From the NCBI RefSeq assembly GCF_001194135.2, contig NC_068993.1:64097732-64161731 (forward strand): 64,000 nt of DNA, written 5' to 3'. Both the position numbers and the translations under genes were made by a program. The notes below the pieces were generated by a model that had not been told where the DNA came from, did not search any database, and was given only the letters and a program-made list of their open reading frames with translations. Of this stretch, positions 24,471 through 38,889 are shown one piece after another; the stretch's first letter is position 1; every line of letters starts with the position of its first letter. The stretch comes from Octopus bimaculoides. Lineage: Eukaryota.

Positions 24471-27014
24471 CATGTATATACATTAATAGAGAGATGGATA
24501 GAAAGACTGGTCTCTGTCTGTTCATGAATCTACCAACGTCAATACTGAGATTAGTAGAAATGAAAATGCATTCCTGGATTATTTACTGATGACAGTGTGA
24601 TATAGAAAGCAAGATAAAGCTCCCATATTTATCGACCCTGTGAGATAAACTGCACGAACCGACGATGTAGGATTTCGTTTGACTGTAGGTAAACGAGAAG
24701 CAGTGAGAGGTTTTGGAAAGTTTACTTAAAATGTAAAATATATGACTTTAAATATGTTAGTTATTATCAACTGTTTGTTGATATAACTGACGTATCTCTT
24801 GATCATAAAGGTGCATTAGTGATCACCTTGAATCGAAGGAGCAGCCGATTCTTTCCGAAAATTCCACACTGCTGTCTTTGAAATGAAGGCAACTTGGATA
24901 ATTCCGCTTTAAATACGCATTGTCAACAGAAAATTCCGAGAGTGTGGCTGCAAACACCTTGGAACCTTTTTATTGTATAGATGCTGCTTAACTCCAAGCA
25001 TATTTTTAACTACATAATTTTTATGACTGTCCAGGAATGATTCATTGGAATGGAAATCATTACAAGAGAAAGTTGGCTTTCTTCGTTTATACTGATTAAA
25101 ACATATTATCGGATTCCATTGCATGGTGGTAATGAAATTAAAGCCGAACGGTGATTGTAATTTTCATACTGTGAAATACAGATATAGAAATCAATCACAA
25201 ATTTGCACCTTTTTATGACTCGGGCTTCTCAATGAGCTCCAAGTTGTTATTTATTCATAAGATTAAATATTAATTGTAAAGAAATAATGTTTTGTAATAT
25301 ATCTCGCTCCATGCGTGAAATAAAATGTCGAAACCTATTTTCGGATAGAGCTTGCAAAAACCCTCGACTCTCTGCCATAAAGAGTTAAGAGTCGTAATAC
25401 TTTCATCGGTGATTAACAACACTTTCCCAAACTCCTAACGAACAACTTTTCCTCGGAGCATCACTAAGCTCACATTCATTTATCAATCAGGGGGTGAGTT
25501 AAACATGGAAAACAATTGTGTGGAATGTTGTTGTTGCGATTCCTAAGAACAGCATTGCTTTAAATTATCTTTAGAGGAGAACATTTTATCCGAGGGAGAT
25601 GATGGGTATATTCTATGGTGATTAAGTCGATAGTAGAGTTGCTAGAGTCGAATAATGTAATCTTAGATGTCGCTTCGTGGTACGTTCATACCCGTTACAG
25701 AATCATGCCGTTCATTAGCGATTGATGAACAATGAGAAAAAGTGATATGACTCGTTCTATCTTCTCCATTGTCAAATGAAGTTATATCCATCATATTCTG
25801 TTAAAATGTCTTATTGACGAGTTTCATTTCTTCATTTCCCCGAAGAGAAGATTACATTGTTTTACACCATTTTATTCCTTTGCAGTAATACCAGTGATAT
25901 CTTCGAAACATGTGTCGGAAGTAAAAAATTTGAATAGCACCTGCGTTTAACTCCATTTATATATATATATATNNNNNNNNNNTATATATAGGCTCACACT
26001 TATACACAAAATAACTCTGACCTTTCAGTCACCCTAACTTTACTCACAGGGTTTTGGTAAAAGAGCTGTTTGCTGAGATCGAAACGTGCTGCTTATTAGC
26101 TACAGTCATGCCCGTCATAAATTATACACAGAGTAAAATTGGAACGTTGTGATTTTAATAACTTTCACACAGAATTTAGCATCAAATTAGAGCCGAAACT
26201 TCCTCCCTATTTCTGTTAGTTTTACATATAGTTTCATTCTGTACTCTTAGATATTAATGTATAGTTGACATACGATATTGTACTAATTATCACTGTCTCA
26301 GCAAGTCTATGAGATTTCTTTCATATCTCTTTCCAGAATAACTAGCGATTTAGCTACATTTTCATTTGCTTCTTATTACCACAGTTTTCAGATAACAAGA
26401 GTTTATTTTCAATGTGTAATTCCAACACGATATTGGAATCATAAAGAATAGTCAGTTGTAAATAATACTAAATGTCTAGGTAATTAGTGAGTGCTCGTCA
26501 CACGTATACTCAAAATCTTACACGCACATACAACACGTTTTAAGTCTGTCTCGTCCGTCTGTACTTCTCTTCATTTTCTGTTTCTTCGCATTTATTTGTT
26601 TCCCTGTACGTTTGTCACTTTTTTCTTTCTATATATCGATGTATGTGCCAGAGAGCCAACTTAACTTTCATTAATTTATCCTCGCATCTATCTCAATTGT
26701 AAATCATATTGCTTTGAATATATTTGATTGAATAGGAATTTCCTAATCTTCAATTATTTTTGTTTCTTTTACGTAGATACAAATTCTTCTATTTTTTTAC
26801 ATTCCCGCTCCACGAAAGTAATGTTTTGCGTTTTAATTTGAAAGAAAACAAAGTCTCTATACTTAAAGAAACCTAAATTCAGAGGAAGAGAAAGGTGGGT
26901 GGAGGAGGAACTGAGAGAAAATCTTTGGTAGTGATGTATCAACTGATATCACTGGAAAGGTCCTAATTCGGCACCACTGCAATAATGGCCGTCCATTATT
27001 ATTTCAATAAGGAC

Positions 27015-27230
27015 AATAAATAATCCTTTTTATTAATGGCACAATGCCTGACATTTGGGGACAGTGAATTACGTCAACTCCAGTACTCAACTAGTACTTA
27101 ATTTATCGACTCTGAATGGATGAAAAGTAAAGTAGACCTCGGAGGTATTTGAACTCAGAACGTAGCGACGGATGAACTACCGCTAAACACTCCGCCCGAC
27201 GTGCTAACGACTATGCCAGCTCGCCGCCTT
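27015..27230 (-). mobile_element. tRNA-derived SINE (family D), near intact
   Basis: Minus strand AAGGCGGCGAGCTGGCATAGTCGTTAG (A-box-like) ... GAGTTCAAATACC (B-box-like) ... TCGATAAATTAAGTAC ... tail AAAAAGGATTATT. Confidence 0.85.
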
Positions 27231-27389
27231 AAAGGGTAACAAACAATGTCTTGGTACAGAGGATTATTACAAAACGGCGGAGATTTTGCTAGAAAATGAA
27301 TTAAGGCAAATTGTTAGTATACATAGTATACAGATAAATGCTACAGTTCCAAGAGCAAGTCTTTCACCTAGAGCCACTGTATGTTTTGA

Positions 27390-27479
27390 ACTATTTTTCT
27401 TACGCGACTCTCTCTATCTTTATATCTATCTCCACCTCTCATTCTTCCCTCTACTGTTCTTCGCCTCTCCCTGTCACTA

Positions 27480-27518
<39 letters not shown>

Positions 27519-27830
27519 GTTGCTCGTCCTTCGCTTCTCACCGTTCACTACTACTATCTCTCTCCCTCTCTACCTCTCGTTGCTCACTCACTCATATTCT
27601 ACTTCATCCCCCTCTTCTCCCTCTGCTACTCTTTCTCCCTACTCCTCGCTGGTCACGTGTGTCCGGTTGTTATTTCTTTTCGGTCTTGGACTCCCCAAGC
27701 TTTGCACGCACTTCTTCGCCTCTCCAGTTCGTGCTTTACAGTGTTCAACACACACACACTTCTCCACGTCTGACTGTACAGCCTTTTTGTTTGTTTATTT
27801 CACCGTTTCGTTTTCCTGTCTCGTTTTCCA
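27390..27830. repeat. Polypyrimidine/(CT)n-rich tract with a short internal duplication
   Basis: CTACTATCTCTCTC...CTCTCGTTGCTC occurs twice (~27477 and ~27551). Confidence 0.85.
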
Positions 27831-29229
27831 TGCGCCATTATCTTCCACGAAAAAAAAATTTAATTTGTGTTCGTGGGAAGAGCCATTTTAACGATGCGTC
27901 CTGCCCTAACTCTTTGAAACGCCGGTGTTTTAATGTTGGCAGCTGATGAAGGATATGTTTTCTATGTGGCCTGCTTGTTTGTTGTACCTTGTTTATCATT
28001 TTTTTCGTGTTCTTTGCAACGTCATGTACCCAGTTATGTATCTATATGTACATGTGGATGAAGGTATGTACATACATGTACACATATATGCATATACTCA
28101 TATATTGTTTGTATCACACGATCGAACGCACGCGTTATCTTTACACAGTAAGTTTTGAACTATATATATATATATATATATAGAAAAAAATTAAGGTACT
28201 CAGAAATCTGGATGTTTGTACATTTACAGATTTTTATTAATGTCACATATTAAATAAAGCGCTTTTCACCTAATCGTGTAGGATTTTCAAATTGTTTTGA
28301 GAAGACCTTGCGGAGGGTCTCTTTATATAATTTTATTCAGTGTGTAGGGGTGGAGAGAGAGATATATAGGATAGTAAGAGAGGGTGAGGAAAAGTGAGAG
28401 AGAGAGAGTGTGTGTGTGAGAGAGTGTGTGTTTTTTTTTGTGCTGGTGTGTGTATATATAACGTAGATAAGTATATATAGATCAATACTCAAAAACAGAT
28501 AAATGAGTAAATAAAAGAAAATAAGCTGAAAGAAAAGGAAAGTGGGGGATAGTGTTAAAGGAGGTGTACTTGTGTAAGAAGCATAGGTGTGACCCCATTC
28601 GGACTTGCGGTTGATGTTGGGTTTGTGCATACATATAAAGAAAAAAATCAAAGACTTGTCTTGGTCCAGAGATTGAGCTATGGTGGCCATCCATCATGCA
28701 CATCAGTCTTTTACCTGTTCCTTCGAATCATTTATTCATTCCTCTATATAATTTGATTCTTTGATTTTGTGCATTGCCATACATCTGCATTTGGGACATG
28801 AGATGTTAGGCGGTTAATTACAAACGAAATTAAGGATAACTGCCCGTCTGTGACCACGCAAACTGAACGACTGCAACATACTTCTGTAACCTACGTTTCT
28901 AATATATCATTCAATGCAACATCGCTGTTATATTTTTCCAGCAGAGCACAAGGATGAAAACAATGTGCTGTAACAATGGATTAAATGTTCTTATACAGTA
29001 TTTAGCTTGCTTCCTTTAAGTTTCACGTTTAAATCATTTCGTTGTCAATATTAGATCTCTTCTACATTCTGCCGAGTAATGAATACTATTTGTTGATAGT
29101 GTTTAACCCGAGCTCATTATTCAAATAATGTATATATATGACCACATTATCCAATATATCTTTTTATTTTTTGGCAACTTTGAAATGTTATTAGAAGTAG
29201 ATTAAACAGCTATTTTCTAGAAGATCGAT

Positions 29230-29700
29230 TGGCAGTTTAGAGGTTTCTCTTCTTGGCTTCGGTAAATACCTGTCAATTATTATGATCGATTTAATCTATT
29301 ATACCTCTCCCCGAAATATGACGCAATGTTAGAATCAATATATTACTTGTAACAAAAGAATGCTTTGAACAACAGAGACGATATGCCTTGCCGTATTAAA
29401 CTACCTCCATATTTAGGTTCTGATTTCGAATCAATCCCCGTAGTTTCGTATTTATTATATACCTTCCACAGGTCGGCACAATAACTATCAGTGAAGAGCT
29501 GAATCGTTCTACTCGAATATGCCCTCCCCAAGTTATGTGACACTGTGCCTCTTGAGAAAAATGGGTAAGAATAGTCAACACTGGGGAAGAATTCATATCT
29601 TCCTGGATTAATGGATAAATGCCACTTAAGCACTGGCGTCGACTTGATCCATTATACCTCTTCATTTTGTTCCTAAGTTTAGAATCAATATATTACATGT
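29230..29700 (+). mobile_element. Cluster of 2-3 degenerate SINE 3' ends (family-D-like)
   Basis: TCGATTTAATCTATTATACCTCT...TTAGAATCAATATATTAC (29286-29346) recurs as TCGACTTGATCCATTATACCTCT...TTAGAATCAATATATTAC (29639-29696); a third tail-like piece lies near 29500-29560. Confidence 0.5.
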
Positions 29701-31489
29701 TCACTGAGTCTGGGGTTGAAAGAATCGTCGGTATACCGGTGTAATGTTTTACAGTATTTATATTCATGCCACACCATTCAGATTTCGTTATCCTACATGG
29801 TGTACCCTTGTATTTTATGGACTATTCATTTTTCGCATACAAATTTGGCCTTAGGTTTACACAAAGATAATCCAGTATATTGCTCGGAAATATTTAGGAC
29901 ATCCATATTAAATATAATGTTTCACTTTACTGATTAAACATAACTTAATTAAAGAGATTTTTAAAAATATTACAATGTACAGAGTGCTACCAGAGAAATG
30001 GAGAATTGTTGAGAAGTAAGAAAATCGTTTTGTACAAAAATGTTAAATCAAGTTTTTTTTCTTTTCATTTTTATTTTTATTTTTTCCAATAAAGATGAAG
30101 TTTTTTCAGTCTTGCGTCACGTGTAACTGTAATACAATTAGACACCATTGATCAGCAAATTCATTGAGTTTCAACATTTCAATGCAGTTTAATTTCCAAG
30201 AACAAAATTACGATTTGATCAATGAAAAGTTTTAAATAACTCAAAAACTATGTAAAACCAGGATTAAACATGTCATTGTTGACTTTGACTTCTCTTGTTC
30301 TCGAGTTAAATGGTTTCACACAATAACGTTTGAAAATTCTACGTAGATGTTATTGCTATGAAAGCTATAAGCTATTGACAAACTGGAAGGTGTATATTAA
30401 GTGAAAATATATATATGAGGAGGTGAAGGTCTACATGAGTTAGCTATGAAGGCTGGAAAAACAGAATTCATTTTACTGAATGTCATATCAAAAATCTTGA
30501 TTCATTAAAACTCTCTATTAGAACTGATGAATGTTTTAACCTTGATTTTAAAAATCGGTGGATTATCAGATTCGAATTAAGTGTGATAACAAAATATCAC
30601 ATTTGATTGGGCACTCATTCTCGCCCTAATAGTTTTGCGTTTGTGCCTATATAAAAACAATTTGTCCCTCAAATTCCGACAAAAACATGTTTATTTTATT
30701 GAAATAATATCAAGATATATGTATGCATGACATTAAAAATAAGAACATTTATAGAAAAGTGAATTGTCTCCATTTAAGTAATTAATTTAATTAATACAAT
30801 AGATTTTCTAGTAATCATACAAGTAAATCATTAACACATTTTAAAATATGCATATCATACTACGGTTATTGGGACCCAAGAATAAACGGGTATCTTTTGT
30901 TGTTATAAACTTCTTCGCTGAAAATATCGATTTCTTTTTTGTTCAATAGTCGTTGAAGTAGTAAAATACATTTAAATATAATGATTTTATTCAAAAGCAC
31001 GGTGACAATATTTGAAGAAGTAAAGTAATTCAAATCGAACTCTGTGAATGTCTAGTGCTTCTTTTATTAAGTTACAACAAATAAAAGGTAAAATAGTTAT
31101 GATTGTAACATATGATGTAAGTCTATCTGAGAATGCATAAGTATGAACCTAACAACTATTCCCTTTCGATCAATCTATTAATATATATATATATANNNNN
31201 NNNNNNNNNNNNNNNNNNNNNNNNNNNNNNNNNNNNNNNNNNNNNNNNNNNNNNNNNNNNNNNNNNNNNNNNNNNNNNNNNNNNNNNNNNNNNNNNNNNN
31301 NNNNNNNNNNNNNNNNNNNNNNNNNNNNNNNNNNNNNNNNNNNNNNNNNNNNNNNNNNNNNNNNNNNNNNNNNNNNNNNNNNNNNNNNNNNNNNNNNNNN
31401 NNNNNNNNNNNNNNNNNNNNNNNNNNNNNNNNNNNNNNNNNNNNNNNNNNNNNNNNNNNNNNNATATATATATATATATAAATATAGCA

Positions 31490-32720
31490 CTTACTCTGTC
31501 CGTCATAAAGCTTATGTCGAATGTGACATTTGAGTCGTCCCAACGATTTGAAAAGGAGGCTGTAGATGTTGCAAGTATAAAGAATACGGTCAGTGCAGGT
31601 GGAATATTTGTAACCGATTTTCTCCTTTGCTCTGCACGGCTTGTCTGTTAAGACTGGTTGAAACAAAGTCTTTTGTACCATTTCGACACAACAATCTCCA
31701 ATTTGTTTGTGCCGAGCTTGTTTGCTCAAAAGTATTGTGAACTATATTGACTGATGAGACGTTGGTCCTCAGCTTGTCCTTATATTCAAGCCATGGTTGA
31801 CCAACATTCTTGAGGCCACTATCAAGCTGGCTATACATGGGTATTCCTTCGCCACCCATTCTGTCGACATGACCAGCGCAGCGCAGTTGCGACTTCGTAA
31901 AACAGCTTTTGATTCTACCAGTCTTACCCCTGCTGTGCAGGTCAACATTAGAATTCTGTCTATCGGTGTATAACCGGAGAATGTCCTGAAGCAGCCTTTG
32001 TAGAAGACGTCGAGTTGGTTAATGTGCCACCTATAGGATGTCCATGGTTCTGAGTCATACAAGAGAGTCGTAAGAATGGCAGGAACTGTGCTTTCGTTTC
32101 AAGTTTAATGCCCCTTCTATTCTTTAGGTGATGATAGAGTTTGCCAAATACATTAGTTGCTTTCGCAAGACTGTTGATGATTTCATTATCAAAGGAAGCG
32201 TTCGAGTTCCCTTGAGCACAAAATGGCTTCACATACTTTAGGATTTTCCCGTCAACGTGTGTAGGAATGTGAAGGAAACTGTGAACCGGCGGCTTCTGCA
32301 TAACTCCTTGAATTTGCTTGCCAGTAGGGCAAGGTTGGTGGATTACTTTCGTCTTCTTTATGCTGATGGTTAAGTCGATGCCTTTAGATGCTTCAGAAAA
32401 TCCTTCTAGAAGTCCTTGAGCTTCCTCTAAGGAAGTCACTTCTAATGCAGCATCGTCTGCAAAAAGGTTATCACGAACGATACTGGCGCGTAGCCGTGTT
32501 TTGACTTTGAAACGCTGATGATTGTATAGTCTCTCACTTGTTGAAATTGGAACTAAGCACCACTTTCTTTGTCACCGAAATATACTTCAGCATCACTGAA
32601 GAGAAGAGTTCAAGCAAAACAGGAGCCATGACACAACCTTGCTTTGAGCCGTTTGTAACATTGAAAGAAGCTAGAATAAATTTAGTGATTCCAGAAAAGA
32701 AGCCATAAAGTGAAGCCAAG
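31490..32720 (-). mobile_element. RTE-clade LINE reverse-transcriptase relic (frameshifted, 5'-truncated)
   Basis: VTNGSKQGCVMAPVLL (RT motif GV.QGC.LAP), LFADDAA at ~32450 (Y/FADD), LTISIKKTKVIHQP, INQLDVFYKGCFR, YSQL...GQPWLEYKDKL, in RT-to-C-terminus order. Confidence 0.9.
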
Positions 32721-33611
32721 CAGTTTTCAGATATACAATGCCAGTAAAACTAAATGTTATCTAGTATTGATGGTTATTGAATTTTCAAACTAATCTCTTA
32801 CTTTAAAACGGTGGAGAATTAGTGGTTGTGAAGATCATGCATTTATCAAAGACACTAGTTATGTCAGTGTAGTGAAATAATTCATTCATAGAATTGAAAA
32901 TATGTGTTAGAGAAAAGTTTAATTTATTTTTCTCTCTTCATATACTTTTCCATTCTATTCCGTCCTGAAAATGCATTTATGAAACACAAAATCTAGTGAA
33001 GTTGTTGAAGTTGATTATCCCGAAGATACCAACATTTTGCAGATCTATATTGAAAAGCTTTGCAACCTTGACGATCTCCTTAGTGATAGGTAAAATGATG
33101 CCATTTAATGTCTCATTTTGTTTCTTAAGATGATGAGGTGTAGTGAAGGTGTAACTTTTATTTGAACAGGTCATTTCATCACGTTAAATCACCTGATCGG
33201 GAGGGACCAACAGTTTGTAGTTTTATGAGCAGCATCAGGGGTTTGATACTTTATATTTTGGAGCTAACGTGAAGATGTTTTTATACCTACTGTTTTGACT
33301 CATATACCGGATGACTTTAAGATGCTGGGAAGTCAATACCTGACGAAGGCTAATAAACTAGAAACGGCTTTGTCCAGATTACCTTGCTTCTACTGTCCAC
33401 GGAGATATTGTGTAGTAAATATGACAGACCATCGCCTCGACATATATCTAGTAAATTTATTAATAAATCAAATTCATTTCCAAACACCGTAATCAGTAAA
33501 GTGATAAACCTGAAACTGAACTTTAATTTGAGGAATGAAAATATGCTAATTCATATTAGGTAAGCAAATATAGAAACACATACGCGCGCACACGCATATA
33601 CNNNNNNNNNN

Positions 33612-33664
<53 letters not shown>

Positions 33665-33688
33665 ATAATACCTATAAACATATATAAA

Positions 33689-33721
<33 letters not shown>

Positions 33722-34078
33722 ATGTAGCGTAAAAGCATAAATTTCACGTAATGTACATTAATTGTGCTTGACTTATACTTTATTAACACAAACACCGAAC
33801 GTAAGATCACAGAACTGGGATGCATAATTAATTCTAATTAAATTAAACATATTTAATTCAAATTAATTTAAAAACAGTGTTTACTCAAACAATCAGGTAA
33901 GCTATGGTAATGAAACAAACGTTACTGTTTTAAAGACATCGAGACCGAGGAAAATACTAAGAAGAAGAACAAGAAGAAGAACAAGAAGAAGAAGAAGAAG
34001 TGCAAAAATAAATACACAGGTAATGGAATGCAAAACAACTTATATATACATATATAAATACATGTATATATATATGTG

Positions 34079-34110
<32 letters not shown>

Positions 34111-34156
34111 CATATATAAATGCATGCATATATACATATATAAATACATGTATGTA

Positions 34157-34202
<46 letters not shown>

Positions 34203-34528
34203 NNNNNNNNNNNNNNNNNNNNNNNNNNNNNNNNNNNNNNNNNNNNNNNNNNNNNNNNNNNNNNNNNNNNNNNNNNNNNNNNNNNNNNNNNNNNNNNNNN
34301 NNNNNNNNNNNNNNNNNNNNNNNNNNNNNNNNNNNNNNNNNNNNNNNNNNNNNNNNNNNNNNNNNNNNNNNNNNNNNNNNNNNNNNNNNNNNNNNNNNNN
34401 NNNNNNNNNNNNNNNNNNNNNNNNNNNNNNNNNNNNNNNNNNNNNNNNNNNNNNNNNNNNNNNNNNNNNNNNNNNNNNNNNNNNNNNNNNNNNNNNNNNN
34501 NNNNNNNNNNNNNNNNNNNNNNNNNNNN

Positions 34529-34588
<60 letters not shown>
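34529..34588. repeat. (CA)n microsatellite
   Basis: Direct. Confidence 0.98.
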
Positions 34589-34591
<3 letters not shown>

Positions 34592-34849
34592 TATATATAT
34601 AGCTTATCCCGTAGCTGCATAAAAAAAATTATTCGTTTTTACATACGTACACATGGGCACGTGTGTTTGTGTCTCTATATGAATATACGTATTCTGATGC
34701 ATGTGTATATGTATATACCTTTATATTTAGTACTGTCGTTCTCGATATCTCCATCGTATTTTGATAGTGAGATTGTTGCTTTCTTAATTCACTTCCACTA
34801 AGTCCTGTTATATTCTTTAATGTTTTTTGCTGTTTATACATATTTCTAT

Positions 34850-35345
34850 TTGCGTGTGGTGCTAGTCGAAATGTTTATTTCGATTGCAAGAAACAATCCG
34901 AGTGAGATATGTTGCCTAATGTGAATAAGCAGTAGGTAACTAAGAGCTACCTTCCGGAAACTGTCGTCAACTACGTTTCGTGGGATTAGGAAGGGATAAT
35001 TCACAACGAATTTGTTCCGAATAGTCGAACCATCGATGCCAACTTGAACTCCAAAAAGCTGGAGCAGGTGCGCACCACAGCGCGGCAAAAATACCGGCAT
35101 TGTTTAAAAGAAAGTCAGATCTTCTGCAGCAAGACAACGCAAGACCTCATACAGCTCGAACGACTTGAACTAAACTCCAGGATCTTGAGAGATTCGAATT
35201 GATGCTACACCCAGCATATAGCCCGAACCTAGATACCTCGGATTATTACTTGTTCTAATCTATTGCTCAGTTCCTGCGCTGGCTACTCTTTGCTAACCAA
35301 GAGGAGGTGGAAACTTCAGTGAAGGAGTGAGTTCTTGACCTCGAA
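34850..35345 (+). mobile_element. Mariner (DD34D) transposase relic, catalytic domain
   Basis: WD*EGIIHNEFVPN...QKYPAL...LLQQDNARPHTA...LMLHPAYSPNLDTSDYYLF*SIAQFL...NQEEVE contains the mariner hallmarks DNARPH and YSPDLAPSDY; internal stops present. Confidence 0.93.
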
Positions 35346-35792
35346 GGACAAGAAGTAGTATCAGGATGTACATGTGTGTGTAATATATATATATGTNNNN
35401 NNNNNNNNNNNNNNNNNNNNNNNNNNNNNNNNNNNNNNNNNNNNNNNNNNNNNNNNNNNNNNNNNNNNNNNNNNNNNNNNNNNNNNNNNNNNNNNNNNNN
35501 NNNNNNNNNNNNNNNNNNNNNNNNNNNNNNNNGTCTCTCAATACATTTAAACGAGTAACGGATACATTATAAACATAATATTCTTGATGGTTTGTGTAAG
35601 CACCGTTTTTAGATTAATTTGACATATATTGAATGAATCATTTTAAATTATGCACCACAATTATGTAATTATACGTTCAGTGATATCTGTTGAACATAAT
35701 TAACAATTGAAATATATGTGAAATTTATGCTTTTCTCATTTTATGCAAAAGCTGTTGCTCTTAAAATGCATTTTAGCTGTTTATATGTGTGT

Positions 35793-35829
<37 letters not shown>

Positions 35830-37326
35830 TGTGTGTGTATGTCTGTGTGATGCATGGATTGACTGCAACGTTATGAACTGTCGAAGTTTACAACCTGTTG
35901 TTAATTGATCTCATAATTACAGCAGATTCTTTGATATTTTTACATAAATTCTCTATTTAGATATATTTGCCTCTTTATGCTCAGCACTAGAATAGTAGAC
36001 TACATCAAAACGGAGAAGTCATTTTTTGTATTTCACTAAAAAAAACAATGCGTAACAAAAATATGAATTTTACATAGTATAAAGTTTCTTTTTCACAAAA
36101 GTCACGACCAGGATTGCACACATATTTTTACACACCTTAAAAGCAATTTTCACAGGGTCCTGTGTCTATGTATCGTTATATGTTTATATATGTTATATGT
36201 TTTTTATATATGTTTGCACATGTACATATATGTATGTATTTATATACATGGCGCATAAGATAATTAAGGAAATATATACATACACAGAAATATATATTTA
36301 TAATTATATATACAGAAAGTGAGAGAAGGAGAGAGAGAGCGAAAGTTTAGAGAGAGCGAAAGTTTAGAGAGAGTTATAAGTGAGGGATTATCAATCCGGG
36401 CCAAGTACTTTATAATCTCTCTGTTGGAACATCAGGTTTAACAGATTTAACTCATTATATATAAAGCTTTGAATGTATATCGGAAACTTTTGAGCAGGCA
36501 CTCTCCAAAGCTGCAGAGTACATATGGTTTATTTCTTGGATTTGCTACAAATTGTCTTATTTTACGTTCGTTAGGGGTCTGCTAGGTTTATACATTTTGA
36601 AGTTAATTCTATACAGGCATTAATCTTGCGAATTTTGTGTAATTCTATAGATTATTTGGTTTGAATTCAAAGGTGGTTTCGAAATTGCATAACTTAGAGT
36701 TTGAATCTTTGCGGAGTATATGAATGAACACGCTATCATTATTCTTAACGTATCATGGTCAGTGATTGTTTATCATTTACATAATAGGTGACGTCTTACA
36801 GTAGGGATAATGTACAGCTTTTGTCATATTCAATATCTATAATTACTGCAGCACTTCTTTAATTTTGATGTGATTGTAGTTTTTCAGTTGAAGGGTAACT
36901 TCTTAATCCTTTTGATTGTAGTTGGATTAGATTTTAGCGGTATGATATGGGATGTTCGATATGAAATCAGAAAATTTGTATAATTTTTGTTCCTACCTTT
37001 TATTTCGTACAATTGATTAATTGATTTCTTTATCAAATAAATTCTTCTGTTAAACGTAATTTTCTATAGAAGTGAGTGATATGATTCTGTGTTCAATTGA
37101 CGTTAGGGTACTGAGGTGTTGGAGTGACTTTAAACCCATTCAAAGGGTTAAATTTGTTGTGTTAAAAGGCTTTTTTTTTTGTATGAAAGATTGATTATAT
37201 CTTCGATTCTTTACATTCATTTTATGACAAAAATCGTGGCAAATTTTGTCGAGTGGATCGAAAAATGATGTTTTAAGCTTGTCATTTACAAATGTATACG
37301 TGGGTGAGTATGTTTGCTTACAACCC

Positions 37327-37357
<31 letters not shown>

Positions 37358-37362
37358 ACGTG

Positions 37363-37420
<58 letters not shown>

Positions 37421-38254
37421 ATATACAAACTTATGTATACGCATATAAGTATATCAACTTGTGTGTGTATGTGTGTGCATGCGTGTGCATGACTATATTG
37501 TTCCGTTGTTTGGGGCTTTACTTACCTCGAAATAAAATTTTAAATGAATTCCTACACACAAGATGTCTAGTGAACGAATTTAGAATTTGAAATACACAAG
37601 AGTTTCTTCTATTATATTTGTATTGAAATATCAATTTTGATGCCTTTCCATATAAGTTTAAAAAATACTTACACGGAGAAAAGAAATAGTTTCCCAATTT
37701 TGTTAAAGAACATTCTATCCTCGTCTATTGTAGCAAAATCTCCATGTTTGTAAGCAAATATCAATGAGCGCCATGTGTAATTTTCCGTTTGATTCATTCG
37801 TTTGCTGTTATATTAAGAAAGCTTCTATTATTTGAAATCCTTGGCTAATATGTTTTCTTGCTTTGTTTTCTTCTGTGATATATTGTTCGACAACGATCTT
37901 TACACACTCGATAGACACTTTTATATTCTATTCAAGAAAAAGGACAAAAAGTATTCTTTCGGGGTACAATTTGATTTTTATTTAAATGATAAAATGACAT
38001 TGTATACAAAGTTTATTACGGTAAATTACAACAGATAAGAACATTTAACTATTCTTCATGCATTTTCTCAGTTCGCAACATCCCCCGAAATTCACATATT
38101 AAAGAGTAAAATGTAATATCATGTCTTTGATTCTTACTCCTAACTGTTCATCACTCATCTGTAACGCACCACCTGAACGTTGGTAGGCGTAAATCTCTGT
38201 TAGATATTTTTTACATCCTAGGTACTTTATTGTTGATTAAATCTATCTTATATA

Positions 38255-38400
38255 CACTTTTAGTACTTACTTAATCGACCTCGAAAATCATTTCAGTTGG
38301 GTTTGAACTCAAAATGTATAAGAATAAACGTGCGTTGGAAAAAATATTAAAAAAATGCAAAACGTCCAGCGTCCTATCGTTTTTGCCATCCATCGCTCTT
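38255..38400 (-). mobile_element. Degenerate SINE (family D)
   Basis: TAGTACTTACTTAATCGACC...GGGTTTGAACTCAAAATGT parallels 27090-27160. Confidence 0.5.
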
Positions 38401-38850
38401 CGGGAGTATAAAGAATACTATTAACGATAATGATAGCGGCATGCAATAAATTTCTTAGAAAGGGGTATTAAGATAAAATCGTCAGAGTTAAAAGGTTTCA
38501 GCTTATTTTATCGAACTCAGATCGATGAAAGAGATTGTCAACATTATATTTCATCGCTGAAGATTAAAGTAAGGAACGAAATATTGAAAGGCATTTAATC
38601 CTGAACATTACTGTTTATGCTACTGCACTAGTCTCCTAATACTGTATCATTTTTACACGGCCGCTCGTTAAACTACACAAACACATATACACACAATGGC
38701 ACATACTCAAACATACACACATGTGCACACATATATATGGACACACACATGCACACATACATATATATGAATATGAATGTTTATATATGTATATATATAT
38801 GTGTGTGTGTATGTGCATGTGTGTATATGTGTACATATATGCAGACATTC

Positions 38851-38889
<39 letters not shown>

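Noticed and set aside
29329-29696. 18-bp direct repeat TTAGAATCAATATATTAC that looks like a target-site duplication
   Set aside because: Similarity extends upstream of both copies, so they are better explained as tandem SINE tails.
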